From: an uncultured bacterium
GTDB lineage: Bacteria > Patescibacteriota > Minisyncoccia > Phycocordibacterales > GWA1-40-21
Direction of reading: 5' to 3'
Assembly: GCA_903822075.1 (NCBI GenBank)
Contig: CAIJNK010000011.1
Coordinates: 504-64,503 of the forward strand
Length of the DNA stretch: 64,000 nt
Positions 1-11,917 of this stretch are shown here, in pieces. The translations under genes and the position numbers were made by a program. Every line of letters begins with the position of its first letter. Positions within the stretch are counted from its first letter, which is position 1. The notes beneath the pieces are model-generated. The model was not told the DNA's origin and searched no databases. It saw only the letters and a program-made list of their open reading frames with translations.

Positions 1-129
1 CACGGCTACCATCAAAGTAATCAGCGGGTTGACGATATTTGTCAAAATATGCTCTATTAAAGTGTCCGTCGAGATGGGATTACCGGTCAAACCGGCGGCA
101 TAGGCTTTTTCGGCTAAAGAGGAAAACAT
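1..129 (-). CDS. CPR pilin-like membrane protein (runs off the left edge of the window)
   Basis: Manual translation from ATG at 129: MFSSLAEKAYAAGLTGNPISTDTLIEHILTNIVNPLITLMVAV; same style as the adjacent pilins. Confidence 0.6.
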   Translation of the reverse strand, partial: MFSSLAEKAYAAGLTGNPISTDTLIEHILTNIVNPLITLMVAV

Positions 130-140
130 TTTAATGGTTG

Positions 141-494
141 TTAGGGAAGAAGTCTGTTTACATTACCAGCACCAGTGGTATTTACTCCAAAGACGCTTTG
201 CAAAATGGCCACTAAGCCCCAAACAGAGACGATGACGGCAATAGCAATAACACCCCAGATCATCTGACTCTTGGCGGCCCCTTTCTTCTCCTCATCTGAG
301 GACATAGTGTAGCGAACGACGTTGAAGATAAACCAAACTACGGCCAGAGCGACCAGGAAAACCACCAACTTATCCAGAAGGCCTTTGGCACCATCAATGA
401 GCGAACTGAGATATGTTGGATTAGCGGTTTGAGCCAGAGCCATAAATGGCAAAGCCCAAAGTGATCCGGCGATAATTTTAACTGTCTTTTTCAT
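141..494 (-). CDS. CPR pilin (VirB2/TrbC-like)
   Basis: Signal peptide ending ALA-Q, two TM helices, motif 'AKSQMIWGVIAIAVIVSVWGLV'; start moved to ATG 494 (MKKTVK). Confidence 0.75.
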   Translation of the reverse strand: MKKTVKIIAGSLWALPFMALAQTANPTYLSSLIDGAKGLLDKLVVFLVALAVVWFIFNVVRYTMSSDEEKKGAAKSQMIWGVIAIAVIVSVWGLVAILQSVFGVNTTGAGNVNRLLP

Positions 495-540
495 ATGATT
501 TTTCGAAATCATGTCGCGCAACCGTCCATTAAAGCGCGAC
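495..540 (-). promoter_or_regulatory. Double-hairpin 5'UTR motif of pilin gene, copy 1
   Basis: GTCGCGC-TTTAATGGACGGTT-GCGCGAC plus ATGATTT-CGAA-AAATCAT directly before the start codon; near-identical copy at 962..1007. Confidence 0.6.
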
Positions 541-589
541 GTTCTTTCTTTTAAAATTAAACTATTAAACTAATAAATTAATAAACTTT

Positions 590-961
590 TTATATGTGTG
601 GAATCATATTCCCCAAACTACCCTGAAACTGACTGGCTCCCTCATTAAGACCAAAGGCGACTTGCAGAAGTGCCACCAGGCCCCAAACTGAAATCGAAAC
701 CGCAATAGCAATAACCCCCCAAATCATCTGTCCTTTGGCTTTTTCCTTTTCACCCTCGTCTTCGGACATAGTATACTTTATCACGTTCCAGATGAACCAT
801 ACTACAGCTAAAGCCATGAGGAAAATCAAGGCTCTCCTTAAAATAACGGTGGCACCATCAACGATACTCACTATATACCCTGAATTAGCGCTTTGGGCCA
901 AAACGAACATTGGTAATCCAAAAGAAACAAACGAGATAATGCTGACTAATTTTTTTTTCAC
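590..961 (-). CDS. CPR pilin (VirB2/TrbC-like)
   Basis: Close paralog of 141..494 ('AKGQMIWGVIAIAVSISVWGLV'); GTG start. Confidence 0.75.
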   Translation of the reverse strand: MKKKLVSIISFVSFGLPMFVLAQSANSGYIVSIVDGATVILRRALIFLMALAVVWFIWNVIKYTMSEDEGEKEKAKGQMIWGVIAIAVSISVWGLVALLQVAFGLNEGASQFQGSLGNMIPHI

Positions 962-1007
962 GTGATTTTACGAAATCATATCGCGCAACCGTCCATTAAA
1001 GCGCGAC
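962..1007 (-). promoter_or_regulatory. Double-hairpin 5'UTR motif of pilin gene, copy 2
   Basis: Repeat of 495..540, abutting the GTG start at 961. Confidence 0.6.
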
Positions 1008-1095
1008 TCTTTTTTTAATAAACTACGACCTTTTGTTATTTTCTCCGTTAATTATAACTTTTTGAACATAAATGGGCAACTGCGGTATCCACAGT

Positions 1096-1500
1096 TTAAT
1101 CAACAATAGGAGCGACTCCAGCCGGATTGGTACCGCCCGAGCCTCCGCCTGGCGCCACAATCCTCACAGTTCTAGCGGTATTATCGAGATTAAAAGTATT
1201 TGACACGATTGCCACCAGACCCCAGACAGAGACCATTACAAAAATACCAACTATCCCCCATAACATGTATTGTTTACCCTCCTCCTTTTTCTCACCGCCT
1301 TCTGACAACATAAGTAACAATACACCATATACAAATACTACTACCGCCAAGCCAACCAAAAGTGGTACTAGCGGTCTCAATATGCCGTTAATAAAAACAT
1401 CATTCACCACCGCCTTGAAATTCTCGGGGGCGGCAAAAACTGGCAAGGCAAAAATGGTCAGAAGTATAGTGGAAATGAGATAAATGTTTTTTTTCATCAT
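1096..1500 (-). CDS. CPR pilin (VirB2/TrbC-like)
   Basis: Signal VFA-A, two TMs, 'GKQYMLWGIVGIFVMVSVWGLV'. Confidence 0.75.
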   Translation of the reverse strand: MMKKNIYLISTILLTIFALPVFAAPENFKAVVNDVFINGILRPLVPLLVGLAVVVFVYGVLLLMLSEGGEKKEEGKQYMLWGIVGIFVMVSVWGLVAIVSNTFNLDNTARTVRIVAPGGGSGGTNPAGVAPIVD

Positions 1501-1527
1501 ATTTTGATTAATTAATAAAATATATTG

Positions 1528-1908
1528 CTAGCTTCTGCCTACAGTGGTATTAACGGTATTAATTACGACATTGGCAATAACATCGGCGCCTAAAAGGATA
1601 GCCCCACCTATAATGGTGGCATAAAAAATTTCTTTAGCCTTTGTCACCTCACTTTCATTACCTCTGGCCGTCACAAACTTGTAACCGGAATAGATAATAA
1701 AGAAAACCACGATTATAGCTCCCACCTTGGCCACTAAATCCATAACCAATCCTAAAATTTTCTCAACACTATCATTACCGGGCCCTAAAGGATTCTGAAT
1801 GGTTGTGTCGCCACCAACCTGGGCGTGGGCCAGAAAAATTGGAAGCAGAATAACCAAACTGAATGAAACAATAAACCCGGCGATTTTTTTATAATTTAAT
1901 TTAAGCAT
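1528..1908 (-). CDS. CPR pilin (VirB2/TrbC-like)
   Basis: AHA-Q signal, 'IQNPL', 'YSGYKFVTARGNESEVTKAK...IIG'. Confidence 0.8.
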   Translation of the reverse strand: MLKLNYKKIAGFIVSFSLVILLPIFLAHAQVGGDTTIQNPLGPGNDSVEKILGLVMDLVAKVGAIIVVFFIIYSGYKFVTARGNESEVTKAKEIFYATIIGGAILLGADVIANVVINTVNTTVGRS

Positions 1909-1922
1909 TATGAATGAATATG

Positions 1923-2330
1923 TTACTTTATAAATTTAAAGATTAAACTATTTTTGTCCGGAACCAGACTAATCAGAATAGTGTAGACTATCAGCCAAGA
2001 TATCAGAATTATTACAAATCCCTTGAGGGTACTCCACAGGACGTCCTTGGCTTTTTCCTTGTTGCCAGGATTCTCACCAGAAATAATCCAAAGGAACCCA
2101 CCATAAATAAAGGAGATGGTGAATATGACGCCGGCAATACTGATTATCCAATTAATGATACGATTTATGGTCCCAATAGCATCCGCAAACTTACATTCGT
2201 GAGTCGTGGCAGTGCCACACTGAATAAGCGGAGTGTAGTCCAAAGCAGAAGCGATTGCCGGGACAATGAAGATAGCCAACAGAGCTAGAGATAAACTGCC
2301 AGCCAATACTTTTTTTGTTTTTAAAGTCAT
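1923..2330 (-). CDS. CPR pilin with Cys pair
   Basis: 'LIQCG...EC', 'YGGFLWIISGENPGNKEKAK...GFVIILISWLIV'. Confidence 0.75.
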   Translation of the reverse strand: MTLKTKKVLAGSLSLALLAIFIVPAIASALDYTPLIQCGTATTHECKFADAIGTINRIINWIISIAGVIFTISFIYGGFLWIISGENPGNKEKAKDVLWSTLKGFVIILISWLIVYTILISLVPDKNSLIFKFIK

Positions 2331-3673
2331 ATTGTTTTATTTAAGAGAGCGCCTAAACGATCGGAAGCCGCACTGATGGCTTCCGCCATATTTTCCCGGC
2401 CAGTAGTAAATGATTCTACCATCTCTTGAAATATTGCTCCCGTCTGGGTTTTATCCGGATCCAACCAGCCTTTACTCATAATGGCCGATTTATTAAAAAC
2501 GGTCTTAACAGCGCTTGATTCCGCCTGGTCCAAAACGTCTCGCCGGGCCGAAGGTAGGTTAAATATTGTATTCCAGAAAGGAAAAGCGTCTGCACTGGTC
2601 AAGGCGCTGATAGCAGTGTAAGCGCCAGAAGGACTGCTAGAATTTTTCATTATAGCCATGCCCAACATCCGCCCGTAGGTGCTATAGACCTTGGTACCAG
2701 CTACTTGTGGCAAAAAGGACACGTCAAAGTTTAGGTTTGGATTTTTGCTTTTTATCTTTGTAAACTCTGAAGCAAAACCAAAGTAAATAGCCAAATCTCC
2801 ATTAGTAAAATCGTCCAAAGAATTTGGCAGGGATCGATTCCAAGAATACTCATTCTTCACTGGATTTGAGAAGTTAGTAAAAAAACCAAGCGTCAAAGTG
2901 GTTGGTGAGACGCTCTGGCCAAAATCCTCATTGAGCGTACTGGCGAGTGTCCCGTCAGGATTTAGATTAACAATCGGACTCAAAGACGATCCGGACCGGT
3001 TATTACTGTTAGCATCGTCGACATTTTGAATCAGCTGCGCACTGAATATTTCCTTGGCGTTGGTAACGTTTCTAAACTCACCCAAAGCCGCCGCGCTTCG
3101 TAAAATATTTTGCGCGAGGTCCTTCTTGGTTATTTTAGGTGCCAAATTGGCCAATTCAGTCCAGGTGGCTGGGGACTTGGTCAGACTGACATTATTAAAA
3201 ATGTCTCTGTTCCAATACATCACCAATGGATCAACACTGAAAGGCAGAGCCATTATCCCTTTGTCGTTCAAATAAAGCTCCCCCTCTTGGACGAAAGTTT
3301 GTTTGAAAGTCAGCTGCGGTAAGAGAGCGTACGGAATAGGATATATTTTATTGCTATAACGCACAATCATGTCTTCCGGCATGATTATGGCATCCGGGCC
3401 GGAACCGCTAGCCAGAGCCTCAACTAAGTCAGTATCAAAAACAGCGGGATCTTTTTCGACGTAATTCACCGTATATTTTAAGTTAGCCTGACTGAAATAA
3501 TGCGCCATGAAAGTTGTAAAACTGCTCTCCGGCAGGGTTCCCCACATGGTAATATTTACGTTTACTACATTTTTATCACCGGCTCGATATGTGGAAAATA
3601 GAATTGCGCCGACAATAATGAAAAAAACAAAGGCCCCCATGAATATGTACTGAAAAAGTTTTCCGTTTTTCAT
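2327..3673 (-). CDS. Membrane-anchored extracellular solute-binding protein (family 1, sugar-type)
   Basis: N-terminal TM, 'ALASGSGPD', 'ALPFSVDPLVMYWNRDIF', 'FTNGDLAIY'. Confidence 0.85.
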   Translation of the reverse strand: MKNGKLFQYIFMGAFVFFIIVGAILFSTYRAGDKNVVNVNITMWGTLPESSFTTFMAHYFSQANLKYTVNYVEKDPAVFDTDLVEALASGSGPDAIIMPEDMIVRYSNKIYPIPYALLPQLTFKQTFVQEGELYLNDKGIMALPFSVDPLVMYWNRDIFNNVSLTKSPATWTELANLAPKITKKDLAQNILRSAAALGEFRNVTNAKEIFSAQLIQNVDDANSNNRSGSSLSPIVNLNPDGTLASTLNEDFGQSVSPTTLTLGFFTNFSNPVKNEYSWNRSLPNSLDDFTNGDLAIYFGFASEFTKIKSKNPNLNFDVSFLPQVAGTKVYSTYGRMLGMAIMKNSSSPSGAYTAISALTSADAFPFWNTIFNLPSARRDVLDQAESSAVKTVFNKSAIMSKGWLDPDKTQTGAIFQEMVESFTTGRENMAEAISAASDRLGALLNKTI

Positions 3674-3682
3674 TTTAAAATA

Positions 3683-4213
3683 TTATACCTTTTTCCTGAA
3701 AATTAAACCATAATGATGATCCCCGGCTGAGATTTCTCGATCTAAAATAAAACCATGATCTTGAAATATGGCGGTCATCTGCATTTTGGACACAACGTCC
3801 TGTGATAGTGGGCCAATCCCGCCAAAAGAACCGTCCCAATCCACGACCATTACCCGACCGTTAGGCCGCAAAATCCGCTTGATTTCCAAACATAAACCAT
3901 CCTTGTTTTGAACTTGAAAAAATAAGTTACTCGCAATTACGGCGTCGAGGTAATTCTCGCGCAGTTTGGTCCCGCCTAAGCGTTCCAAATCGCCCCAGAT
4001 AATATCAATATTACTGATATGATTTTGCCGAGCGCCGTTTTTTAATTTCTCCAATAAATCTTTCTGAATATCCACTGCAAAAACCCGACCGTTTGGCGCT
4101 ACTGCCTTTGCCGCCGCCATAGAATAAAAACCGGAACCGGAACCAAAATCTGCCACCAACATCCCGGGAGCCAAGGCAAATTGTTTTATATTATTTTCCG
4201 GATCAGAGAACAT
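3683..4213 (-). CDS. Class I SAM-dependent methyltransferase
   Basis: Motif I 'VADFGSGSG', 'AVDIQ', 'RILRPNG'. Confidence 0.85.
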   Translation of the reverse strand: MFSDPENNIKQFALAPGMLVADFGSGSGFYSMAAAKAVAPNGRVFAVDIQKDLLEKLKNGARQNHISNIDIIWGDLERLGGTKLRENYLDAVIASNLFFQVQNKDGLCLEIKRILRPNGRVMVVDWDGSFGGIGPLSQDVVSKMQMTAIFQDHGFILDREISAGDHHYGLIFRKKV

Positions 4214-4238
4214 GCAGATATTATAACGCTAAAATATT

Positions 4239-6695
4239 TTATAGACAAGTAATCGATGCCAGGAAATCCCCTTCTCGCAGTTTCATAATGCGGACGCCTT
4301 GGGTCTGACGGCCGAGAGTGGGAATTTCTTTGGTTTCCACGCGGATAACTTGGCTCTTCTTGGAAATAGCGGCGATCTCATCTATTTCTTCCGTCATCAC
4401 TTTGGCCGACATAATATCCCCAGTTTTAGCCGTCACTTTCATGGTCTTAATACCGGAGCCACCACGATTTTGCACTTTATATTCTTTCAAGGCGGTCTTC
4501 TTGCCGTAACCGTTACTGCTGATGACAAAGAAAGTCGGGTTCACCATGGTCTTTTTCACCACGTCGGTACTTACCACAAAATCAGTCTTACCCAGTTTTA
4601 CTGCTCGCACCCCGGCCGCTCCACGCCCCATCTCGCGAATATCACTTTCCTTAAATCTGATGCTTTGACCCTTGGCGGTCGCTAAAATCATCTCATCAGT
4701 TGGCGCCACAAACTGTACCGAGGTTAATTCATCCCCATCATGCAGGGTAATGGCAATCAACCCACTACGGCGCACATCATGAAAGGCAGCGGCGTCCACT
4801 TTCTTCACGGTTCCTTGCTTGGTCACCATCATCAACGCCAGTTTGGAATTTTTTAACTCTTTAGGCATTGCCAAAACGGAAGTCACTTTTTCTTCATTGG
4901 AAATAGACAGGTAATTCACCAGCGCCTTACCCTTGGTAGCTCGTTTCCCTTCCGGCAGTTCATGCATTTTTATCTGATAAGCCTTGCCTTTATCACTAAA
5001 GAAAAGTATATCATTGTGGGTCGTCGCAGTCAGAAAATTTACCACAAAATCCTCGTCTTTGGTATCCAAATCCACCACCCCCACTCCCCCTCTTTTTTGT
5101 TTTTTATAGTCGTCAGGGCTAGTCCTTTTTACATAACCACCGGTGGTAAGAACAAGTACATTTTCCTCATCGGGAATCAAATCCTCATCGGACATGGAAC
5201 CCACGCCCTGCTTCACAATCCTGGTTCGGCGTTCATCGGCATATTTAAGCGCGGTCTCTTGAAGCTCACTCTTCACAATGCCTAAAATCTTCTTGGCGCT
5301 ACTCAAAAGGTCTTTCAAATACTTAATCAGAGCTTGGACTTCTTTCAATTCATCTTCAATTTTTTGTCTTTCCAGACCAGTCAAACGACCGATCTTCATA
5401 TCCACAATCACTTGGGCCTGGATTTCTGAGAACTTGAACACCTTCATCAAATTTCTCTTGGCATCTTCAATATCTTTGGATTTTTTGATCAATTTGATTA
5501 TTTCGTCAATATGATCAAGGGCTTTTTTTAGGCCAAACAAAATATGTTCGCGGGCTTCCGCTTTTCTCAAATCAAATTCCGTTCGTCTTTTTACCACAAT
5601 ATTGCGATGGTCAATAAATTCATCCAGAAATGATTTCAGGGATAAAGTTTGAGGCACACCATCCACCAAGGCCACAAGGTTGTAATGGAAAGACTCCTCC
5701 AACTGGGTATGTTTGTAGATAAAGTTTAAAACTTTTTGTGGCTGGGCGCCGGACTTTAAATCAATCACAATTCTTAAATCCTTAGCGGACTCGTCACGCA
5801 AGCCTTTAATTCCCTCCACTTTTTTCTCCCGTACCAAATCCGCAATAGACATAATCAGGTCAGCCTTGTTCACCCGATAAGGGATTGAAGTGATAATAAT
5901 TTGGAAAGTGCCTTTTTTGTCCTCCACAATCTCGGCGACGCCGCGTACCACCACACCGCCACGACCTGTAGCATAAGCATGATTGATATCATTTTGATTG
6001 TAAGCCACACCACCAGTCGGGAAATCTGGTCCTTTAATAAATTGTAATAAATCTTCGGTAGTATCTTCGGGATTATCGATCAAATGAACAGTGGCCTCTA
6101 CCACCTCCTTCAAATTGTGCGGCGGAATGTTGGTGGCCATACCCACGGCGATACCAAGTGTTCCGTTCAAAAGTAAGTTTGGCAAAGCCGCTGGCAACAC
6201 TTCCGGTTCCTTTCGAGTGTTATCGTAGTTTGGACGCCAACTCACGGTTTCCTTTTCCAAGTCTTTCAAAAGCTCACCGGCGATCTTGGACATCTTGGCC
6301 TCCGTATACCTCATGGCGGCAGCGGAATCACCATCGATGTTACCAAAGTTTCCCTGGCCAATAATTAAGGGATAGCGGTGAGAGAAATCCTGAGCCATCT
6401 TCACCATGGCTTCATACACCGATGCGTCACCGTGCGGATGATAATTACCGAGCACTTCTCCCACCACGGCGGCGGACTTTCTGGTCTTGGCACCGGCGGT
6501 CAGATTCATCTCGTGCATAGCGTAAAGGATCCGACGATGCACCGGCTTCAAACCGTCACGCACATCCGGAAGGGCGCGGTCCGTAATAACGGTCATGGCA
6601 TAGTCAATAAATGACTCCTTCATTTCCGTGCTGATATTTCTCTGAGAAATACCTCTCTCGGGAACTATTTCTTTTTTGCTTTCTTCTTTTGCCAT
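4239..6695 (-). CDS. gyrA: DNA gyrase subunit A
   Basis: '[16 protein letters not shown]', 'YHPHGD', 'AAMRYTE', GyrA-box QKRGGVG. Confidence 0.98.
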   Translation of the reverse strand: MAKEESKKEIVPERGISQRNISTEMKESFIDYAMTVITDRALPDVRDGLKPVHRRILYAMHEMNLTAGAKTRKSAAVVGEVLGNYHPHGDASVYEAMVKMAQDFSHRYPLIIGQGNFGNIDGDSAAAMRYTEAKMSKIAGELLKDLEKETVSWRPNYDNTRKEPEVLPAALPNLLLNGTLGIAVGMATNIPPHNLKEVVEATVHLIDNPEDTTEDLLQFIKGPDFPTGGVAYNQNDINHAYATGRGGVVVRGVAEIVEDKKGTFQIIITSIPYRVNKADLIMSIADLVREKKVEGIKGLRDESAKDLRIVIDLKSGAQPQKVLNFIYKHTQLEESFHYNLVALVDGVPQTLSLKSFLDEFIDHRNIVVKRRTEFDLRKAEAREHILFGLKKALDHIDEIIKLIKKSKDIEDAKRNLMKVFKFSEIQAQVIVDMKIGRLTGLERQKIEDELKEVQALIKYLKDLLSSAKKILGIVKSELQETALKYADERRTRIVKQGVGSMSDEDLIPDEENVLVLTTGGYVKRTSPDDYKKQKRGGVGVVDLDTKDEDFVVNFLTATTHNDILFFSDKGKAYQIKMHELPEGKRATKGKALVNYLSISNEEKVTSVLAMPKELKNSKLALMMVTKQGTVKKVDAAAFHDVRRSGLIAITLHDGDELTSVQFVAPTDEMILATAKGQSIRFKESDIREMGRGAAGVRAVKLGKTDFVVSTDVVKKTMVNPTFFVISSNGYGKKTALKEYKVQNRGGSGIKTMKVTAKTGDIMSAKVMTEEIDEIAAISKKSQVIRVETKEIPTLGRQTQGVRIMKLREGDFLASITCL

Positions 6696-6696
6696 G

Positions 6697-7074
6697 TTAT
6701 TTATTTTTTTTCATTACTTGTTCTGAACTTGTTGAATGGACAGTGGTGGTCGCTTGGGTCGTACTGGCGGTAGTCGTTGTTGCGTTCTCGATTATCTCAA
6801 CCGGTGAGGTAGTGCTCTCGGTACTGGTGCTTGAATCATTTTCTTTTGTAACATCATTAAAGCCTGAGAACGCAGTGGAAAATTCGTCCTTGATAGCCTG
6901 CCAGGGACTAGTGGCGCTAAGTTTACTCCCTTCGTCCCCGGTCGAACTGTCCGCCGAACGAGTTAGGGAAAACCAAACGGTCACAATGACCAGAGTCAGA
7001 ATAATGGCCGTCACTAGGGAAATAACTTTTTTTTGCTGATCGGACTTTTCTCGGATGTTGGTTAAAATACCCAT
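6697..7074 (-). CDS. Hypothetical single-TM protein with Ser/Thr-rich tail
   Basis: ORF in operon upstream of gyrA; one TM helix. Confidence 0.7.
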   Translation of the reverse strand: MGILTNIREKSDQQKKVISLVTAIILTLVIVTVWFSLTRSADSSTGDEGSKLSATSPWQAIKDEFSTAFSGFNDVTKENDSSTSTESTTSPVEIIENATTTTASTTQATTTVHSTSSEQVMKKNK

Positions 7075-7092
7075 AATATAAATTGTAAAAAA

Positions 7093-7731
7093 CTAATTCG
7101 ATTGACTTAAGATCACAACCTCGCCCTCCTTGCCTTCCAAATCTTTTTTCTTGAGTGTCAGTTTATCAACTGGCTTAACGCCTTCTTCGCCGGCTTCTTT
7201 TAAGAATTTCTTCAAAGCTCCGGCTACACCCACATCATCAAAATGCATCGGAATAATTATTTTTGGTTCCAAAGTTACTGCCAGTTTGTTGGCCTTATTG
7301 GCGTCTAGCACTCCGTCATCACCGATGGGCAAAAATAAAATATCCACGTCTTCGATGGCCTCCATGAATTCCGGCGAAAGTTTTTCGTCAGAGAGAGCAC
7401 CTAGGAAACACAGGGTCATACCTTCAAGCACGACAATATAAACGGTATTAATTCTTTCTTTGCCGCCATAATTGGTCTTGGATTGAAAGCCTTTAATAAA
7501 GACACCTTTTGTCTCATATTCGCCGGGGCCGGAAATAACCAAGGGGTCGTTGCCATTGTAAGACAAGTTTTCCACGCCGTTAAAATCGACATGGTTAGCA
7601 GACACCAAAGCCACATCCGCAAAAAAGCGGGTATTCTTAAACTTGCTCTCCTTGGAAATCGGATTAAAAGCGAGGATAGTATCCCCGAACTGAACTTTAA
7701 AAAATTCCACTCCCTGATAAGTGATGATCAT
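7093..7731 (-). CDS. MBL-fold metallo-hydrolase-like protein (lactamase_B_3 type, degenerate metal motif)
   Basis: 'SANHVDFN', 'ISGPGEYE', 'LEPKIIIPMHF'. Confidence 0.8.
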   Translation of the reverse strand: MIITYQGVEFFKVQFGDTILAFNPISKESKFKNTRFFADVALVSANHVDFNGVENLSYNGNDPLVISGPGEYETKGVFIKGFQSKTNYGGKERINTVYIVVLEGMTLCFLGALSDEKLSPEFMEAIEDVDILFLPIGDDGVLDANKANKLAVTLEPKIIIPMHFDDVGVAGALKKFLKEAGEEGVKPVDKLTLKKKDLEGKEGEVVILSQSN

Positions 7732-7799
7732 AACTCTGTTATTATATCAAATCTAAATACATAAAACAACCTCATTTTTCTAATTTTTTGCATTGAAAG

Positions 7800-7826
7800 A
7801 GCCCGGGGTATTTTATCCCCGGGCTC
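7800..7826 (-). terminator. Intrinsic terminator of 7843..8235
   Basis: GAGCCCGGGG-ATAAAATA-CCCCGGGCTC followed by TTT on the minus strand. Confidence 0.6.
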
Positions 7827-7842
7827 GACGCACCTTCCACAC

Positions 7843-8235
7843 TCATCCCATCGCCGAGAGATGACTCCTGTTCGTGGTTAGCACAATCGCATCATGCTGA
7901 GCCTGCTCCTCTTGCAAAATCTCAAGCATGCGTTTGAGAATTACCATCATAGCCATCTCGTTCATTACCGTCCTGGGACAGTAGCTCTGAACGTGCAAAT
8001 CAGAGGGCACACAGGAGGAGTCACCTAGGTCAGCTATTTCTCCACGTGTAGCAGGTGACATCGGAAAGAGTTTATCTCGAACCTCCACACAAAAAGTGGA
8101 AGAAAAATCATGACGACTTAGACGAACCTTTTTACGTATAACCTCCCTACGCACATGCAACTCCTGCATCATGTTCCTGACCCGGTCCGTGAGCTTCTCA
8201 TCCGGGGTCCTCGTGTCCTTCCTCTGCTTGCTCAT
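7843..8235 (-). CDS. Hypothetical orphan protein in a stand-alone unit
   Basis: SD AAGGAG; promoter TTGACT-N17-TATAAT at about 8372..8401; own terminator. Confidence 0.65.
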   Translation of the reverse strand: MSKQRKDTRTPDEKLTDRVRNMMQELHVRREVIRKKVRLSRHDFSSTFCVEVRDKLFPMSPATRGEIADLGDSSCVPSDLHVQSYCPRTVMNEMAMMVILKRMLEILQEEQAQHDAIVLTTNRSHLSAMG

Positions 8236-8537
8236 TTTTTAACTCCTTTCAAGAGTTTTCCCGTTAGCCTTATTGCATCCTAATTCCGAGCCTTCGGAAT
8301 CATGATAGAGGTCTCGAGCAGACCTCTTAGCGGCCACCCATCATCTTTTAGAGATTGATAGGCATGGTGGTATTATACCACTCATTTAAGCCAAAAGTCA
8401 AGCTGTTATTTTTACCAATATAATGTATACTATGCCAGTTATTAGTTCACAAGAAGTAACACCCTTGGCGCCTGTGGCCGATGGACCTTTTTGGCGAAGT
8501 TCGCGCCAAATGTGCGCGATTTTTTTATCAAAAATTT

Positions 8538-9674
8538 ATGGCAAAAAAAGCAAAAGTAATAGACGAGACAACAGCAGAAGAAAAGGCTCTCAAGCTCAAG
8601 AAAGACAGCTTGATGACCAAGATTGTAGACAAGAGCGTGACTCCCCCAAACGTCGGTGACGTGGTGGAGGGTGACGTGATTGGCGTGGAGAAATCCTGCG
8701 TTTATATAAACTTGAACCCTTATGGAACAGGTATTATTTTCGGCAAGGAATTCATCAACGCTCGTGATATTATCAAGAAGATAAACATTGGTGACAAAGT
8801 GGCCGCCAAAGTAGTGGACAACGGTGAAGGCAATAAAGATGGTTATATTGAACTCTCTCTCAAGGAAGCTAGACAAGCTCTGATCTGGGATGAAGCTGAA
8901 GCAGCCATCAAGAACAAAACTGTTTTGGAATTGCCGGTAGAAGAAGCCAACAAGGGCGGTTTGATTATCAACTGGCAAGGTATCAAGGGTTTCCTCCCCG
9001 CTTCCCAACTTCGAACCGAGCACTATCCCAGGATCAATGACGGTGACAAGGATAAGATCTTGGACGAATTGAAAAAATTGGTGGGGCAGAAGATTTCCGT
9101 GGCCATCATTACCGCACTGCCTAAGGAAGGCAAGCTGATTTTCTCCGAGAAGAATATTGAGAAGAAAGGTAAGCAAAAAATGACCGATAAATACAAAGTT
9201 GGAGATATCTGCGGCGGTGAAATCACCGGTATCGTGGACTTTGGTATCTTTGTAAAGATTGAGGACGGTTTGGAAGGACTGGTACACATTTCTGAGATTG
9301 ATTGGACTTTGGTGGAAAACCCTCGTGCCTTTTATAAGGTTGGTGAGAAAGTCCAGGTGAAAGTGATTGAAGTGAAGGACGGCAAGATTTCTCTCTCCAT
9401 CAAAGCCCTCAAGGAAAACCCTTGGGTGGAAGCGGAGAAGAAATATAAAAAAGGTGATGAAGTCCAAGGTGTGGTCATCAAATTCAACAAGCATGGCGCC
9501 TTGGCCTCGATTGAGGAAGGTATCTCCGGCTTGGTTCATATCTCCGAATTTGGTTCCGAACTCAAGATGAAGGAAAAGTTGGAGCTTGGTAAGAGTTATA
9601 CTTTCAAAATCCTCCTCTTCGAATCAAAGAATCAGAAGATGGGTTTGTCATTCGTTGATTCTGTAAAGAAATAA
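8538..9674 (+). CDS. rpsA: 30S ribosomal protein S1
   Basis: Repeated S1 domains ('FGIFVKI...EGLVHISEI', 'GFLPASQL'); likely start MAKKAK at 8538. Confidence 0.92.
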   Translation: MAKKAKVIDETTAEEKALKLKKDSLMTKIVDKSVTPPNVGDVVEGDVIGVEKSCVYINLNPYGTGIIFGKEFINARDIIKKINIGDKVAAKVVDNGEGNKDGYIELSLKEARQALIWDEAEAAIKNKTVLELPVEEANKGGLIINWQGIKGFLPASQLRTEHYPRINDGDKDKILDELKKLVGQKISVAIITALPKEGKLIFSEKNIEKKGKQKMTDKYKVGDICGGEITGIVDFGIFVKIEDGLEGLVHISEIDWTLVENPRAFYKVGEKVQVKVIEVKDGKISLSIKALKENPWVEAEKKYKKGDEVQGVVIKFNKHGALASIEEGISGLVHISEFGSELKMKEKLELGKSYTFKILLFESKNQKMGLSFVDSVKK

Positions 9675-9688
9675 AGTTAAACACAATT

Positions 9689-9728
9689 AAAAAAGCCGGT
9701 GGGAGAGAATGTGCCCACCGGCTTTTTT
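9689..9728. terminator. Bidirectional terminator between rpsA and gyrB
   Basis: AAAAAGCCGGTGGG...CCCACCGGCTTTTTT. Confidence 0.8.
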
Positions 9729-9740
9729 GTTACTTAACTA

Positions 9741-11879
<2,139 letters not shown>

Positions 11880-11917
11880 CTATTTATGCTTTGACTTACC
11901 CATATTATACCAAATCC

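Noticed and set aside
8442-9539. 365-aa minus-strand ORF
   Set aside because: Antisense shadow of rpsA.
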